A stretch of DNA of 64,000 nt from a virus. Taxonomy: Duplodnaviria; Heunggongvirae; Uroviricota; Caudoviricetes. Where the stretch lies: the IMG/VR virus record IMGVR_UViG_2925939204_000001; one strand, given 5' to 3'. This document shows, in pieces, positions 1-8,285 of this stretch (its first letter is position 1; each line of letters begins with the position of its first letter). The translations under genes were made by a program, and so were the position numbers. The notes under the pieces are model-generated. The model was not told the DNA's origin, ran no database searches, and worked only from the letters and a program-made list of their open reading frames with translations.

Positions 1-64
1 GGCATTTGAAAGTGAATCCAGCTCAGGCAGTCGGCTTCTTTCTTGTGTGAGATGTAGCGTATTT

Positions 65-88
65 GCCCATCTTCGGGTGGGCTTTTTT
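65..88 (+). terminator. Rho-independent terminator-like hairpin
   Basis: GC stem GCCCATCTTCGGGTGGGC followed by a T run. Confidence 0.5.
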
Positions 89-548
89 AGGGTTTTCGTC
101 ATGGTTAGCGACTTTGCGGCGGTTTAGAAACCGACCATTAAAGTAAATGCAAACGATGATCTGATGATGGTAGCGGCCTAAGAAGCCTGACGCCACGGGG
201 TATGAGTCGTCCCCCGTCGAAAAATCGACCGCAGAGTGTCCCCGTCTGTGTATTAGGGAACGGGGAGGCATAACAGGCAAGGGCGCTGGTGTGATTAACC
301 AGATGAATGAGAAGGGTCAGGTCTTTCTGGTCAGCGCCCTTACCTGTTACGTCCCTCCCGCGTAACAGCCATTGGTTAATGGCTTTCTGGGATAATGTCT
401 TGTAACGGGTATATCCCGTCATGCTGAAGGCGCTAATCACGCTGGAAGCCAGGGTTGTGCATCCCCTGTTACCGAATTGCAGCCAGGGCGCGGTGCGCCG
501 AAAAGCATACGGAGGTGGAAGCCCTCGCCGGAGACGTACCCGGCAAGT

Positions 549-625
549 GATGGTGTAGCTCAGTAGGATAGAGCAGCAGCCTTCTAAGCTGTCGGTCGGT
601 GGTTCGAATCCACCCACCATCGCCA
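549..625 (+). tRNA. tRNA-Arg (anticodon TCT)
   Basis: Cloverleaf readable by eye: acceptor GATGGTG/CACCATC, D arm TAGCTCAGTAGGATAGAGCA, anticodon loop CTTCTAA, T loop TTCGAAT, encoded CCA. Confidence 0.8.
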
Positions 626-630
626 ATTTA

Positions 631-717
631 GGGGAGTTAGTCCGTAGGGGTAGCGGGGTAGACTGTAAATCTACTGTCATTGCGACTCGGGTGGTTCGAC
701 TCCATCACTCCCCACCA
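631..717 (+). tRNA. tRNA-Tyr (anticodon GTA), type II with long variable arm
   Basis: Acceptor GGGGAGT/ACTCCCC, anticodon stem-loop GTAGA-CTGTAAA-TCTAC, ~15-nt variable arm, T loop TTCGACT, encoded CCA. Confidence 0.75.
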
Positions 718-721
718 AATT

Positions 722-797
722 GCCGGTTTAGCTCAGTTGGTAGAGCAGTCGCTTTGTAAGCGAATGGTCAGCGGTTCGATCCCGTTAACCGGCACCA
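722..797 (+). tRNA. tRNA-Thr (anticodon TGT)
   Basis: Acceptor GCCGGTT/AACCGGC, D arm TAGCTCAGTTGGTAGAGCA, anticodon loop TTTGTAA, T loop TTCGATC, encoded CCA. Confidence 0.8.
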
Positions 798-1252
798 ACA
801 CAACAGGTAAGAGCATTTGTAGAGTTCGACTCTCTACCGTGGGCTTTTTCCCGCGATGCGAGCCATAAATGCTCTTACCGTTGTGATGAAGTGCAGCTCT
901 TTGAAGCAACCAGAAGATAAGCATCTGGCTTCACAACATAAACCGCAGGAACGACCAATAAACGGTAGTCCGTATGGAGAACACCCCGTTGAGGAAGAGG
1001 CCTGGCCGGAACCGTAACCGGCACTACAACGTTGAGAACACTGGCGTAACGGGGTCATATCCCAATCTACGAATAAATGTTGCGTTGCAGCGTGACAACC
1101 AGTGTTCTCAACATTGTGGTGAATGCGCAGGCTGATGCGCGAAAGACATTGCAGCTATTGCGGAAAAGAGCTGTTCGGCGGGGCAATTAAACGCCCGTGA
1201 GAGTCTGAAATAACCGCAAGCCGGAGATCAGCACCGGTCGCCACAATAACGG

Positions 1253-1339
1253 GAGAGTAGGGAGCATGGTGCTCAAGCGGTCTTGAAAACCGTCCCATTG
1301 CGCAAGCGATGATGGTTCGATTCCATTACTCTCCGCCAG
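1253..1339 (+). tRNA. tRNA-Ser (anticodon TGA), type II; atypical D arm
   Basis: Acceptor GGAGAGT/ACTCTCC, anticodon stem-loop GCGGT-CTTGAAA-ACCGT, long variable arm, T arm GATGG-TTCGATT-CCATT, discriminator G, CCA; D stem imperfect. Confidence 0.55.
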
Positions 1340-1498
1340 TGCAACGTTAAGAGTATTTGGCTAATTAAGCGAATGCCGGAAGCAGAACCGGATCACCAAA
1401 TGCGTACAGGCGTCATCGCCGCCCAGCCAGCCAAGTGCTCTTACCATTGCGGTGAATGCGGCTAAGCGCACGCGGAACAGTTAAAACAATCCTCCTTA

Positions 1499-1822
1499 GT
1501 GGTTAAGTCAAACATCCCGGCGTTAATTGTTAACTGGTTAACGTCACCTGGAGGCACCAGGCACCGCAATCTAATAAAGTTTCAAGCAATGGAGTTTTTG
1601 TTGTCAGACTTCAGATATAGATGGTTGTGGAAGGAGAGCCTGTGCATAGTGCAGTTATTTCTTCCGCTATTTGTCTGCTTTGTCATGCTTCCTGAGCTGA
1701 AATACGCAATTTCAGACACTTTAAGCACTATCGTTACTTTTGTGTTTTATCTTTACTTTGATTACTTATTGAGCACTAAAATCAATGAATTATCCGAGGA
1801 AATTCAAGGTGGCTGTAAGTGA
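1499..1822 (+). CDS. hypothetical hydrophobic protein (107 aa)
   Basis: Complete ORF between tRNA genes; hydrophobic stretches; no recognisable motif. Confidence 0.3.
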   Translation: MVKSNIPALIVNWLTSPGGTRHRNLIKFQAMEFLLSDFRYRWLWKESLCIVQLFLPLFVCFVMLPELKYAISDTLSTIVTFVFYLYFDYLLSTKINELSEEIQGGCK

Positions 1823-1950
1823 TGAATTTTTGGGCGTTTGCCGATAAGAACCCTGGTTGGACATTTTTATTTTTGCTGGTGGTTGCATATGGGGTCGAGC
1901 AAGCGGCAAAAGCCTTACGCGGTTCTGGCAAAAAGCGTAAGCGGAATTAA
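1822..1950 (+). CDS. small membrane peptide (42 aa, MNFWAFADKNPGWTFLFLLVVAYGV...)
   Basis: ATG overlaps the stop of the upstream ORF; one predicted TM helix followed by a basic tail; below the ORF-track size cutoff. Confidence 0.3.
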   Translation: MNFWAFADKNPGWTFLFLLVVAYGVEQAAKALRGSGKKRKRN

Positions 1951-1959
1951 CAGTAATCT

Positions 1960-2035
1960 GGCCCTTTAGCTCAGTGGTTAGAGCTGGCGACTCATAATCG
2001 CACGGTCACCGGTTCAAGTCCGGTAGGGGCCACCA
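1960..2035 (+). tRNA. tRNA-Met or tRNA-Ile2 (anticodon CAT)
   Basis: Acceptor GGCCCTT/AGGGGCC, D arm TAGCTCAGTGGTTAGAGCT, anticodon loop CTCATAA, T loop TTCAAGT, CCA; differs from host elongator tRNA-Met. Confidence 0.8.
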
Positions 2036-2488
2036 TATTTGGTTGTAACACGGCGTCTGGCACATGCGTCGTTAGCGGTCTGGTGACGTTAAAGGGGTTA
2101 CCTTTTCCCCTAGCTCAGGCAACAAACCAGGTAGCCGGAATGTGCAAGCCCCGTTCATATGTCGGACCGAGGACTCACCATCCTGGCGATTCGGTGTGAC
2201 AGCCGGAAGAGTACGGCGCACAACAGGAAAAGGCGTTTAATTAACGCGAGCGCCGTTTCCGTTGTGGTAATTGCGGCTATGCGCTCGTGACGAAGCCATT
2301 TTCATTCATTGAGGTTCTGATAAGTGTCGTCGCCGGGCGTGGCTGACCTGGCAGGTGGAGGCACCACCGCCACAACTCCTTTCAATTCATCATATAGCCG
2401 CTCAGGCTGTAACCCTTAATTAATACGAAGTTTCGACATCTCTATCGGTTTAACCGAGAGATGGTCGCGCGTGTAAAAAGGAGACGTT

Positions 2489-3064
2489 ATGTTAATGGCG
2501 AACGATAACGCATATGCAGAAGAAGATCTCATTTTGAGTGACTTCATAGGGAAGCGGGAACGCTGGACCCAAAAGCGAGAGGAACTTTACGCCTCATTAG
2601 TTCGCAAAGGCGTCAATATCGAAACCGCACAGAGCGGCGATATGACAGTGGTAAGCGTTGGATTGCACGGTGTAAGCGTGTCAGCAATCAATCATGAGCC
2701 ATACGTTGCGTTATCCGAGTCAATGGTAAGGTTAGTTAAGTTCCTGAAGTACACAGAAGCGAATAATGTAATCATTGGCAAAAAGAATATCCCTTTTTCC
2801 TCGGCTTTTTACTGGATGATGAAAGGGCTTGATGCCCGGCGGACATCATGGCCTAAAGGGAGCTATATATCGATGTTCCGTGGCAGCATTGGCAGCAAAG
2901 AAAAGCTCTTCGAATTCTTGCCGGAAGAGGCATTCGATATTGTGGAAGGGTGCGATGTGATGGTGATGCCTCGCCTGGTAATGATGAATGGGGATTTACA
3001 GGCGCAGACAGACTGGTTTGCAACTGGTGTGGATATAATCGCGACTGACTGGGAGGCTTTCTGA
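2489..3064 (+). CDS. hypothetical protein (191 aa)
   Basis: Complete ORF with RBS-like AAAAAGGAGA upstream; translationally coupled to the next ORF. Confidence 0.55.
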   Translation: MLMANDNAYAEEDLILSDFIGKRERWTQKREELYASLVRKGVNIETAQSGDMTVVSVGLHGVSVSAINHEPYVALSESMVRLVKFLKYTEANNVIIGKKNIPFSSAFYWMMKGLDARRTSWPKGSYISMFRGSIGSKEKLFEFLPEEAFDIVEGCDVMVMPRLVMMNGDLQAQTDWFATGVDIIATDWEAF

Positions 3065-3456
3065 TGTACGGGACTACCAAATTAAGCACTCAACAGGCCA
3101 CCAATATGGAGTGGTCTATCGCTAACTGTAAGATCGTGTCATGCAATGCCACGCGTACTGATGTGGGCCATAAAAGCACTATAACAGGCTATCTAGTAAT
3201 GACCACCAGGGGGATGAGGGTTAGATTTCGCTGGAAAGCAGAGCAAGTAACGCCATTCAGAGAGCCATCAATGCCGCTGCAGGTTGAGCAGGATTATCTA
3301 TGTTTACCAGAAATAGATGGAGGAATGCTGGTGGAGTCTGATGGTAGTAAGGCTGATTTTGAAGCCAATTTGAAGCTGGCACAGGCCGTAATCAATAGTT
3401 ATCGCGGAAAGTGGATCGCAAAAGTGAAACATGTTGTTCGTTTGTCTCGCTGGTAG
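3064..3456 (+). CDS. hypothetical protein (130 aa)
   Basis: ORF start overlaps upstream stop (TGATG). Confidence 0.5.
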   Translation: MYGTTKLSTQQATNMEWSIANCKIVSCNATRTDVGHKSTITGYLVMTTRGMRVRFRWKAEQVTPFREPSMPLQVEQDYLCLPEIDGGMLVESDGSKADFEANLKLAQAVINSYRGKWIAKVKHVVRLSRW

Positions 3457-3474
3457 CGTTAGGTATTTAATATT

Positions 3475-3490
3475 AATTTTCTAATATAAT
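3475..3490. promoter_or_regulatory. operator-like site (weak copy, TTTTCTAATAT)
   Basis: Variant of the recurring TTTTCTAACA motif, upstream of the 3565 gene. Confidence 0.3.
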
Positions 3491-3564
3491 CATCTTTTTA
3501 CCAGTCTATACAGTTTTAACATTCTCATTATCATCCCCTCGGTCATTTCCTGCCCGGGGGATTA

Positions 3565-3957
3565 ATGGAACAAATCAGCAGCGCAGAAATTGCGGATATC
3601 ATGATCAGGGCTGACTGCTATCTGACAGTCACTGAAATTACCACTCTCGCCAAAGAAAAATACCCTCATCTCCATGTTTCACGAGTAAGTGTAACTAACA
3701 TCATTCGTCATTTTGTTCGTTCAAGCAGGGCAATCTGTGAGCTGGATGATCGTGTGTATCCACGAAAATACTGGCTACATGGTCTAAACGGATATCAGTT
3801 CAAGGTGCGCGGGCGCACGCCTGAATACGGTAGCTTACTGGTTAAAAACTGTAGCAGGAAATCAGTCGAACAGGCGCGAAAAGAGCAACGAGAGCTGGTG
3901 GACATGGCGAATAAGCTGTGGAATGCCGCCGTTAAAAAGCGTGGTGTTGCTTTATGA
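3565..3957 (+). CDS. putative HTH regulator immediately upstream of pacA (Lpa-like by position)
   Basis: 130-aa ORF with HTH-like segment LTVTEITTLAKEKY; position corresponds to the late-promoter activator gene of P1-type phages; preceded by an operator-like site. Confidence 0.4.
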   Translation: MEQISSAEIADIMIRADCYLTVTEITTLAKEKYPHLHVSRVSVTNIIRHFVRSSRAICELDDRVYPRKYWLHGLNGYQFKVRGRTPEYGSLLVKNCSRKSVEQARKEQRELVDMANKLWNAAVKKRGVAL

Positions 3958-5318
3958 GTCTGGTTAATTGGGAGGAGCACCGCGCCCGCTTTATAGCGTT
4001 GCGTGAAGAAAAAGGGATCACTGTAAAGGAATACTGTGAGGAGCATGGCCTTAGCTTCAATACAGCCAGAAAGCATCTCAATATGAAAAAAAATGAGGTG
4101 CGGTCGCAGGTAAAGACAACAAAAAAAAGCACCAAATCACCTGAAAAAAAACGGGCGGGAAGAGCAACAAAAAAGCTGGAAGAGGGTGCAGAAAAAACAA
4201 AATTTACAGAAATTGACAATTCGCAGGGCGCAGGTTCTTTCCGAAGTATGCCGAGAAAGAAAACTTCGGATCATGAAAATAATGCGAATAATAACAATGA
4301 GATAAAAGAATCTGTCAGGAGATCATTGCGCGAAAAAATGGCGAAAATGATCCCCGAAGAAGATAAAAGCGCCCCAAAAATTGAGGGATCTTCTGCAATG
4401 ATCCCCGACGGTGCTGTGCAGCGTGCCACATTGCCCACTACGAATGTGGCTCGCGATATGATGAAGAACGGCGCAGAAGAACACCTGCGGTTAGCAATTC
4501 AAATGGCGCAAGAGCGCGCACTTCAGTATCAAAGCATTGTTGATCAGGAGGCCGAACGTCTACAGGCGGAAATAGACGCCTTGGGCGATAAAGAGCCAGA
4601 AGGAATGCACCCTGGGCAGCGCCTTCTCGGTCTAATCAGTGGCGCGGCCTACTACATGAATGATTTTATCAGTAGGTTGGCAGCTATATATCAGTCCGAA
4701 CAAAAGCTGCGACAGGGGGATGAAAAGCTTCGTCAGAGCGCTCGCCAGCAAGCATTCAAAGAGGCTGAGGCCAGAGAAAAACTCGAATTAGCACGCCTAC
4801 AGGCCGAACAGCGTGGCAAAGAGATTGAATATCGCATTGGCGCTGACGCACGCGCAGCCAGAGTTATCGCCGCCGCTATACGTATGCGTGAGCGCGAGGA
4901 ACTGGATGATATCGGTGTTGCTGAATACATCGAGCGCCAGGGTGTCAGCGTCCCGGCTATCCTCGCGGCGCGCGCGGCGAAAGCTATCACTCTTCTCGAA
5001 CCACCTGTTTCTGACGTCAATGATGTTGATGATGAACAGCTGGACAAAGAGGCAAGGGAGTTTGCAACGCTTCAGGCTAACCATCCGCAATGGCTGGCAG
5101 AGCGCCGGGCGGATGTGGCAACCATTGTTGAAGAATTGGGGTGCGGAGATTACGACCGCAATGGCGAGCGTAAAGCTGGAGAATTCGAGGCCAACGACGA
5201 AGAGCTGGATATTGACCCTTCGGCAACGGCTGAAATTTACGGTGATTATGATGTATCTGATGCAGGGTATGACGCCGGAGATGATGATATCGCGATAGAA
5301 CCGCCGGAGGATGATTAA
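3954..5318 (+). CDS. pacA: terminase small subunit PacA-like
   Basis: 454-aa ORF, N-terminus MSLVNWEEHRARFIALREEKGITVKEYCEEHGL (HTH-like), coupled to the large subunit; GATC-rich cluster inside 5' part. Confidence 0.7.
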   Translation: MSLVNWEEHRARFIALREEKGITVKEYCEEHGLSFNTARKHLNMKKNEVRSQVKTTKKSTKSPEKKRAGRATKKLEEGAEKTKFTEIDNSQGAGSFRSMPRKKTSDHENNANNNNEIKESVRRSLREKMAKMIPEEDKSAPKIEGSSAMIPDGAVQRATLPTTNVARDMMKNGAEEHLRLAIQMAQERALQYQSIVDQEAERLQAEIDALGDKEPEGMHPGQRLLGLISGAAYYMNDFISRLAAIYQSEQKLRQGDEKLRQSARQQAFKEAEAREKLELARLQAEQRGKEIEYRIGADARAARVIAAAIRMREREELDDIGVAEYIERQGVSVPAILAARAAKAITLLEPPVSDVNDVDDEQLDKEAREFATLQANHPQWLAERRADVATIVEELGCGDYDRNGERKAGEFEANDEELDIDPSATAEIYGDYDVSDAGYDAGDDDIAIEPPEDD

Positions 5319-6826
5319 TGGCTGGCGGGCGCAAGATTAAATGCGTCACCAGCGATCCACGCTGGCGCGATATGGTAATCAAATACCGCTACAACTTTAC
5401 CCAGGCTGTTGTCGATATTTTTGGGATGTTCCCCTCCCACCAGCAGCAGCAGATCATTCAGTCAGTGCAGGAAACGGGGAGTAGGACTACCGTCACGTCC
5501 GGACACGGAACGGGGAAGTCGTCCCTTACCGCGATGTTGCTGTTGATTTTTATGATCCTGTTCCCCGATGCCCGTGTCATCATTGTTGCTAACAAGATAG
5601 GCCAGGTAAAAACAGGCGTATTCAAATACGTTAAACAGTATTGGGCGAATGCAGTTAAGCGTCATGGGTGGTTGCAGACCTATTTTGTCCTCTCTGACAC
5701 CATGTTTTATGAGCGCTCCCGTAAGGGGATTTGGGAAGTTCTCTGCAAAGGTTATCGACTCGGCAACGAAGAAGCGCTGGCGGGGGAACACGCGGCACAT
5801 TTGCTTCTAATTCTGGATGAAGCATCTGGTATATCTGATAAGGCGATCGGCGTAATGACCGGTGCTCTTACTGAAGAAGATAACCGGATGTTGATGCTAT
5901 CCCAGCCAACAAGGCCAAGTGGTTATTTCTACGATTCGCACCATTCTCGAGCAAAAACCCCAGACAACCCGAAAGGGATCTGGACAGCAATTGTTCTTAA
6001 CTCGGAAGAATCACCGTTCGTCACACCACAATTCATCAAGCAGAAGCTTCTGGAATATGGCGGGCGCGATTCTATTGAGTACATGGTCAAGGTGCTTGGT
6101 CAGTTCCCACGAGAAATTAACGGCTATTTGCTTGGTCGTGATGAATGCGATCGCGCTGCTCGCCGCAAGGTGTTGTTGGAGAAAAACTGGGGATGGGTGG
6201 CAACGGCTGACGTTGGTAATGGGCGAGATAAGTCGGTCCTCAACATCTGCAAGGTATCTGGTCACAGGGATAAGCGGCGCGTTGTTAACTTTAAGGTAAT
6301 GGAGATGCCTGGCACTATGGACCCATTGGCCTTTGCTGACTTCATATATAACGAATGTACGCCGGAAAAATACCCGAATATAACAATCGCGGTTGATGCT
6401 GATGGTTTTGGTTCTGATACGTGTGCGCAGTTGGTGCGTCGTGGTGCGAACCCGGTACGTATTCGGTGGGGAAAACCCATGTTTGCGAACAAAGACAGGG
6501 AGCGATTTGTTAATCAGCGTGCCTACGCAAATATTATGGCGCGTGATGCCATAAAGTCAGGGCGTATGCGGATAGACAGTGACCCTAAAACGGCAGAGCA
6601 AGCGTCAAAAATCCCCTTTTTACTGAATGAAGAGGGGAAAATGGCGATGATGCGCAAAGAGCACATGCGGCAAAAGCTAAACATCAAATCGCCTGACCGA
6701 TGGGATACCTACTGCTTCACTATGCTGGTGGACTATGTGCCTGCTAATGAAGATATTGGTGCCGAAATGGCAACTTTCCGAGATCAGGTTCTGGCGGATA
6801 TCGAAATGCCGGCTCTGGATATATAA
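5318..6826 (+). CDS. pacB: terminase large subunit PacB-like (ATPase/nuclease)
   Basis: Walker A SGHGTGKS and Walker B LLLILDEAS motifs; 502 aa; overlaps pacA stop. Confidence 0.85.
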   Translation: MAGGRKIKCVTSDPRWRDMVIKYRYNFTQAVVDIFGMFPSHQQQQIIQSVQETGSRTTVTSGHGTGKSSLTAMLLLIFMILFPDARVIIVANKIGQVKTGVFKYVKQYWANAVKRHGWLQTYFVLSDTMFYERSRKGIWEVLCKGYRLGNEEALAGEHAAHLLLILDEASGISDKAIGVMTGALTEEDNRMLMLSQPTRPSGYFYDSHHSRAKTPDNPKGIWTAIVLNSEESPFVTPQFIKQKLLEYGGRDSIEYMVKVLGQFPREINGYLLGRDECDRAARRKVLLEKNWGWVATADVGNGRDKSVLNICKVSGHRDKRRVVNFKVMEMPGTMDPLAFADFIYNECTPEKYPNITIAVDADGFGSDTCAQLVRRGANPVRIRWGKPMFANKDRERFVNQRAYANIMARDAIKSGRMRIDSDPKTAEQASKIPFLLNEEGKMAMMRKEHMRQKLNIKSPDRWDTYCFTMLVDYVPANEDIGAEMATFRDQVLADIEMPALDI

Positions 6827-6853
6827 AGCCCCGCGATGCGGGGCCGGTTGTGA

Positions 6854-7891
6854 TTACCAGAGCTTCGCGGCGTACTGCGTTTGGGGGAATGTGTATCCGT
6901 AACGTTCTTCGATTGCTTTGCCGTATTTTTTACGAGCTTCATTCAGTTTAATGCCGGTCAGGTCGTCTCCAGAGGCCATCATTACGTCTAACAATTCCAG
7001 ATCCATTTTATCCAGCCTTGCCATTGCTTCACGTGATGTACGTATCTTACGCTCAATGATATGGCGAATAGCCGGATCGGCATCCTCCAGCATCTTAGCG
7101 GATTTCTGCTTAAGGCTTTCATTGCGAATATCGATGTTCCTTAAGATGTACGACTTCGCAACATAGCTTGGCTGGTGTTTTTCCAGGTCACGAACACGAT
7201 ATAAGTTAAAATCGCCGAGAAGGCTGCAAGGTACCGATTCGACGCCAGAATAAATTGTAATGCTCCGGCGTTCACCAACATTATTGACAACGGGGATCGT
7301 TGTCTTCGGTAGTCTTGCGAAAACCAATGCACCATGTGCGCCAACTCTAAAGCGAGAAAGGGCATTGCTGCCTTCGATGTTTGTTGTCAGCACAACATCT
7401 GTATATGCCTCTTTACGCGCCCGGTAGATCTCGCCTTCAGGCTCAGCTTCAAAGAAGCGCTGTTCTTCTTCAAGAGCACCTACGATTTGAGAAAAAACCC
7501 TATTTTTCAGGCTTTTCTTTATGATTTTGTCGTATTTTTTGAGCAATTGTTCACGTGTAAATGTACGTGTTGTTGTAGCGCTTTGCACAACAACATGCGT
7601 GCTTTGATTGGTGTCCTCAATGATGAATGGGATCGGAGAATATACAGACTCAACAATGTTCGACGCTTTGCCGTCGGCATCGCGACACATGTCAACGAAG
7701 GCTTTCCATTCAGCAAGACATTTTTCAGCTTCTTCTAATATGTTTTGGTCATGCGTTAATGCAACATGGCGGAATTCCTCGCCAGCATAACTGGTATCAT
7801 GGAAAACAGAGTTTGCGACCACCAGCTCTTTCCACCGTTCAGCGGTTTGCAGGAACCGTTTGTACTCTTTCTCGATCGACTTCTTACTCAT
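6854..7891 (-). CDS. hypothetical 345-aa protein in the position occupied by the c1 repressor gene in P1
   Basis: Complete ORF convergent with pacB, divergent from rox-dre; operator-like motif just upstream of its start; sequence itself not recognised. Confidence 0.5.
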   Translation of the reverse strand: MSKKSIEKEYKRFLQTAERWKELVVANSVFHDTSYAGEEFRHVALTHDQNILEEAEKCLAEWKAFVDMCRDADGKASNIVESVYSPIPFIIEDTNQSTHVVVQSATTTRTFTREQLLKKYDKIIKKSLKNRVFSQIVGALEEEQRFFEAEPEGEIYRARKEAYTDVVLTTNIEGSNALSRFRVGAHGALVFARLPKTTIPVVNNVGERRSITIYSGVESVPCSLLGDFNLYRVRDLEKHQPSYVAKSYILRNIDIRNESLKQKSAKMLEDADPAIRHIIERKIRTSREAMARLDKMDLELLDVMMASGDDLTGIKLNEARKKYGKAIEERYGYTFPQTQYAAKLW

Positions 7892-7906
7892 TATTCCTAC
7901 TCGATT

Positions 7907-7920
7907 TAGTTTTCTAACAT
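7907..7920. promoter_or_regulatory. operator-like site TAGTTTTCTAACAT
   Basis: Copy of the recurring motif, 16 bp upstream of the 6854..7891 start codon. Confidence 0.4.
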
Positions 7921-8101
7921 AAAATTACTATGACAAATTTATGTCGAATAACAGAGTGAGTAAAGGATAGAACTGTGATTTTTTGTCATCAATTTTAGAA
8001 AACCAACTGTATAAACCACACTTCGCAAATTAAAGACCATGAAGGCAACGTGTTACTGGTCAGAATCAATCTGTGATGGATTAAAAAAAATCGCCATTTT
8101 A

Positions 8102-8133
8102 TAACTTTAAATAATTGGCATTATTTAAAGTTA
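8102..8133. other. rox site-specific recombination target (Dre target)
   Basis: 14-bp inverted repeats TAACTTTAAATAAT / ATTATTTAAAGTTA around a 4-bp spacer TGGC; matches the published rox sequence in reverse orientation. Confidence 0.85.
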
Positions 8134-8285
8134 GGCTATAATCATGGGTGGATGATCAGTGTTGACATCACTGAAAATACGTGCCTCGAATCAAAGGTTT
8201 GAATCTTGAAAATTAACTTATAGCTACCCTGTCATTTTTATATTTTTCGCGTAGCGTCATCTGTATATAGAGGTTAAATAGTTTC

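Noticed and set aside
23-680. Minus-strand ORFs 23..280 and 138..680 in the six-frame track
   Set aside because: They overlap the structured leader and the first tRNA, have no RBS context and an implausible Arg/Pro/Cys-rich composition; treated as spurious.
4733-5382. Alternative-frame and antisense ORFs inside pacA/pacB (4733..5047, 4797..5090, 4813..5298, 5077..5382)
   Set aside because: Fully embedded in a well-supported terminase gene with Arg/Ser-rich products; typical overprinting noise.
7892-8285. Expected loxP site and coi/imcAB small genes between the c1-position gene and the recombinase
   Set aside because: No loxP match and no ORF of coi size on either strand; the site present is rox, and the immunity region differs from P1.
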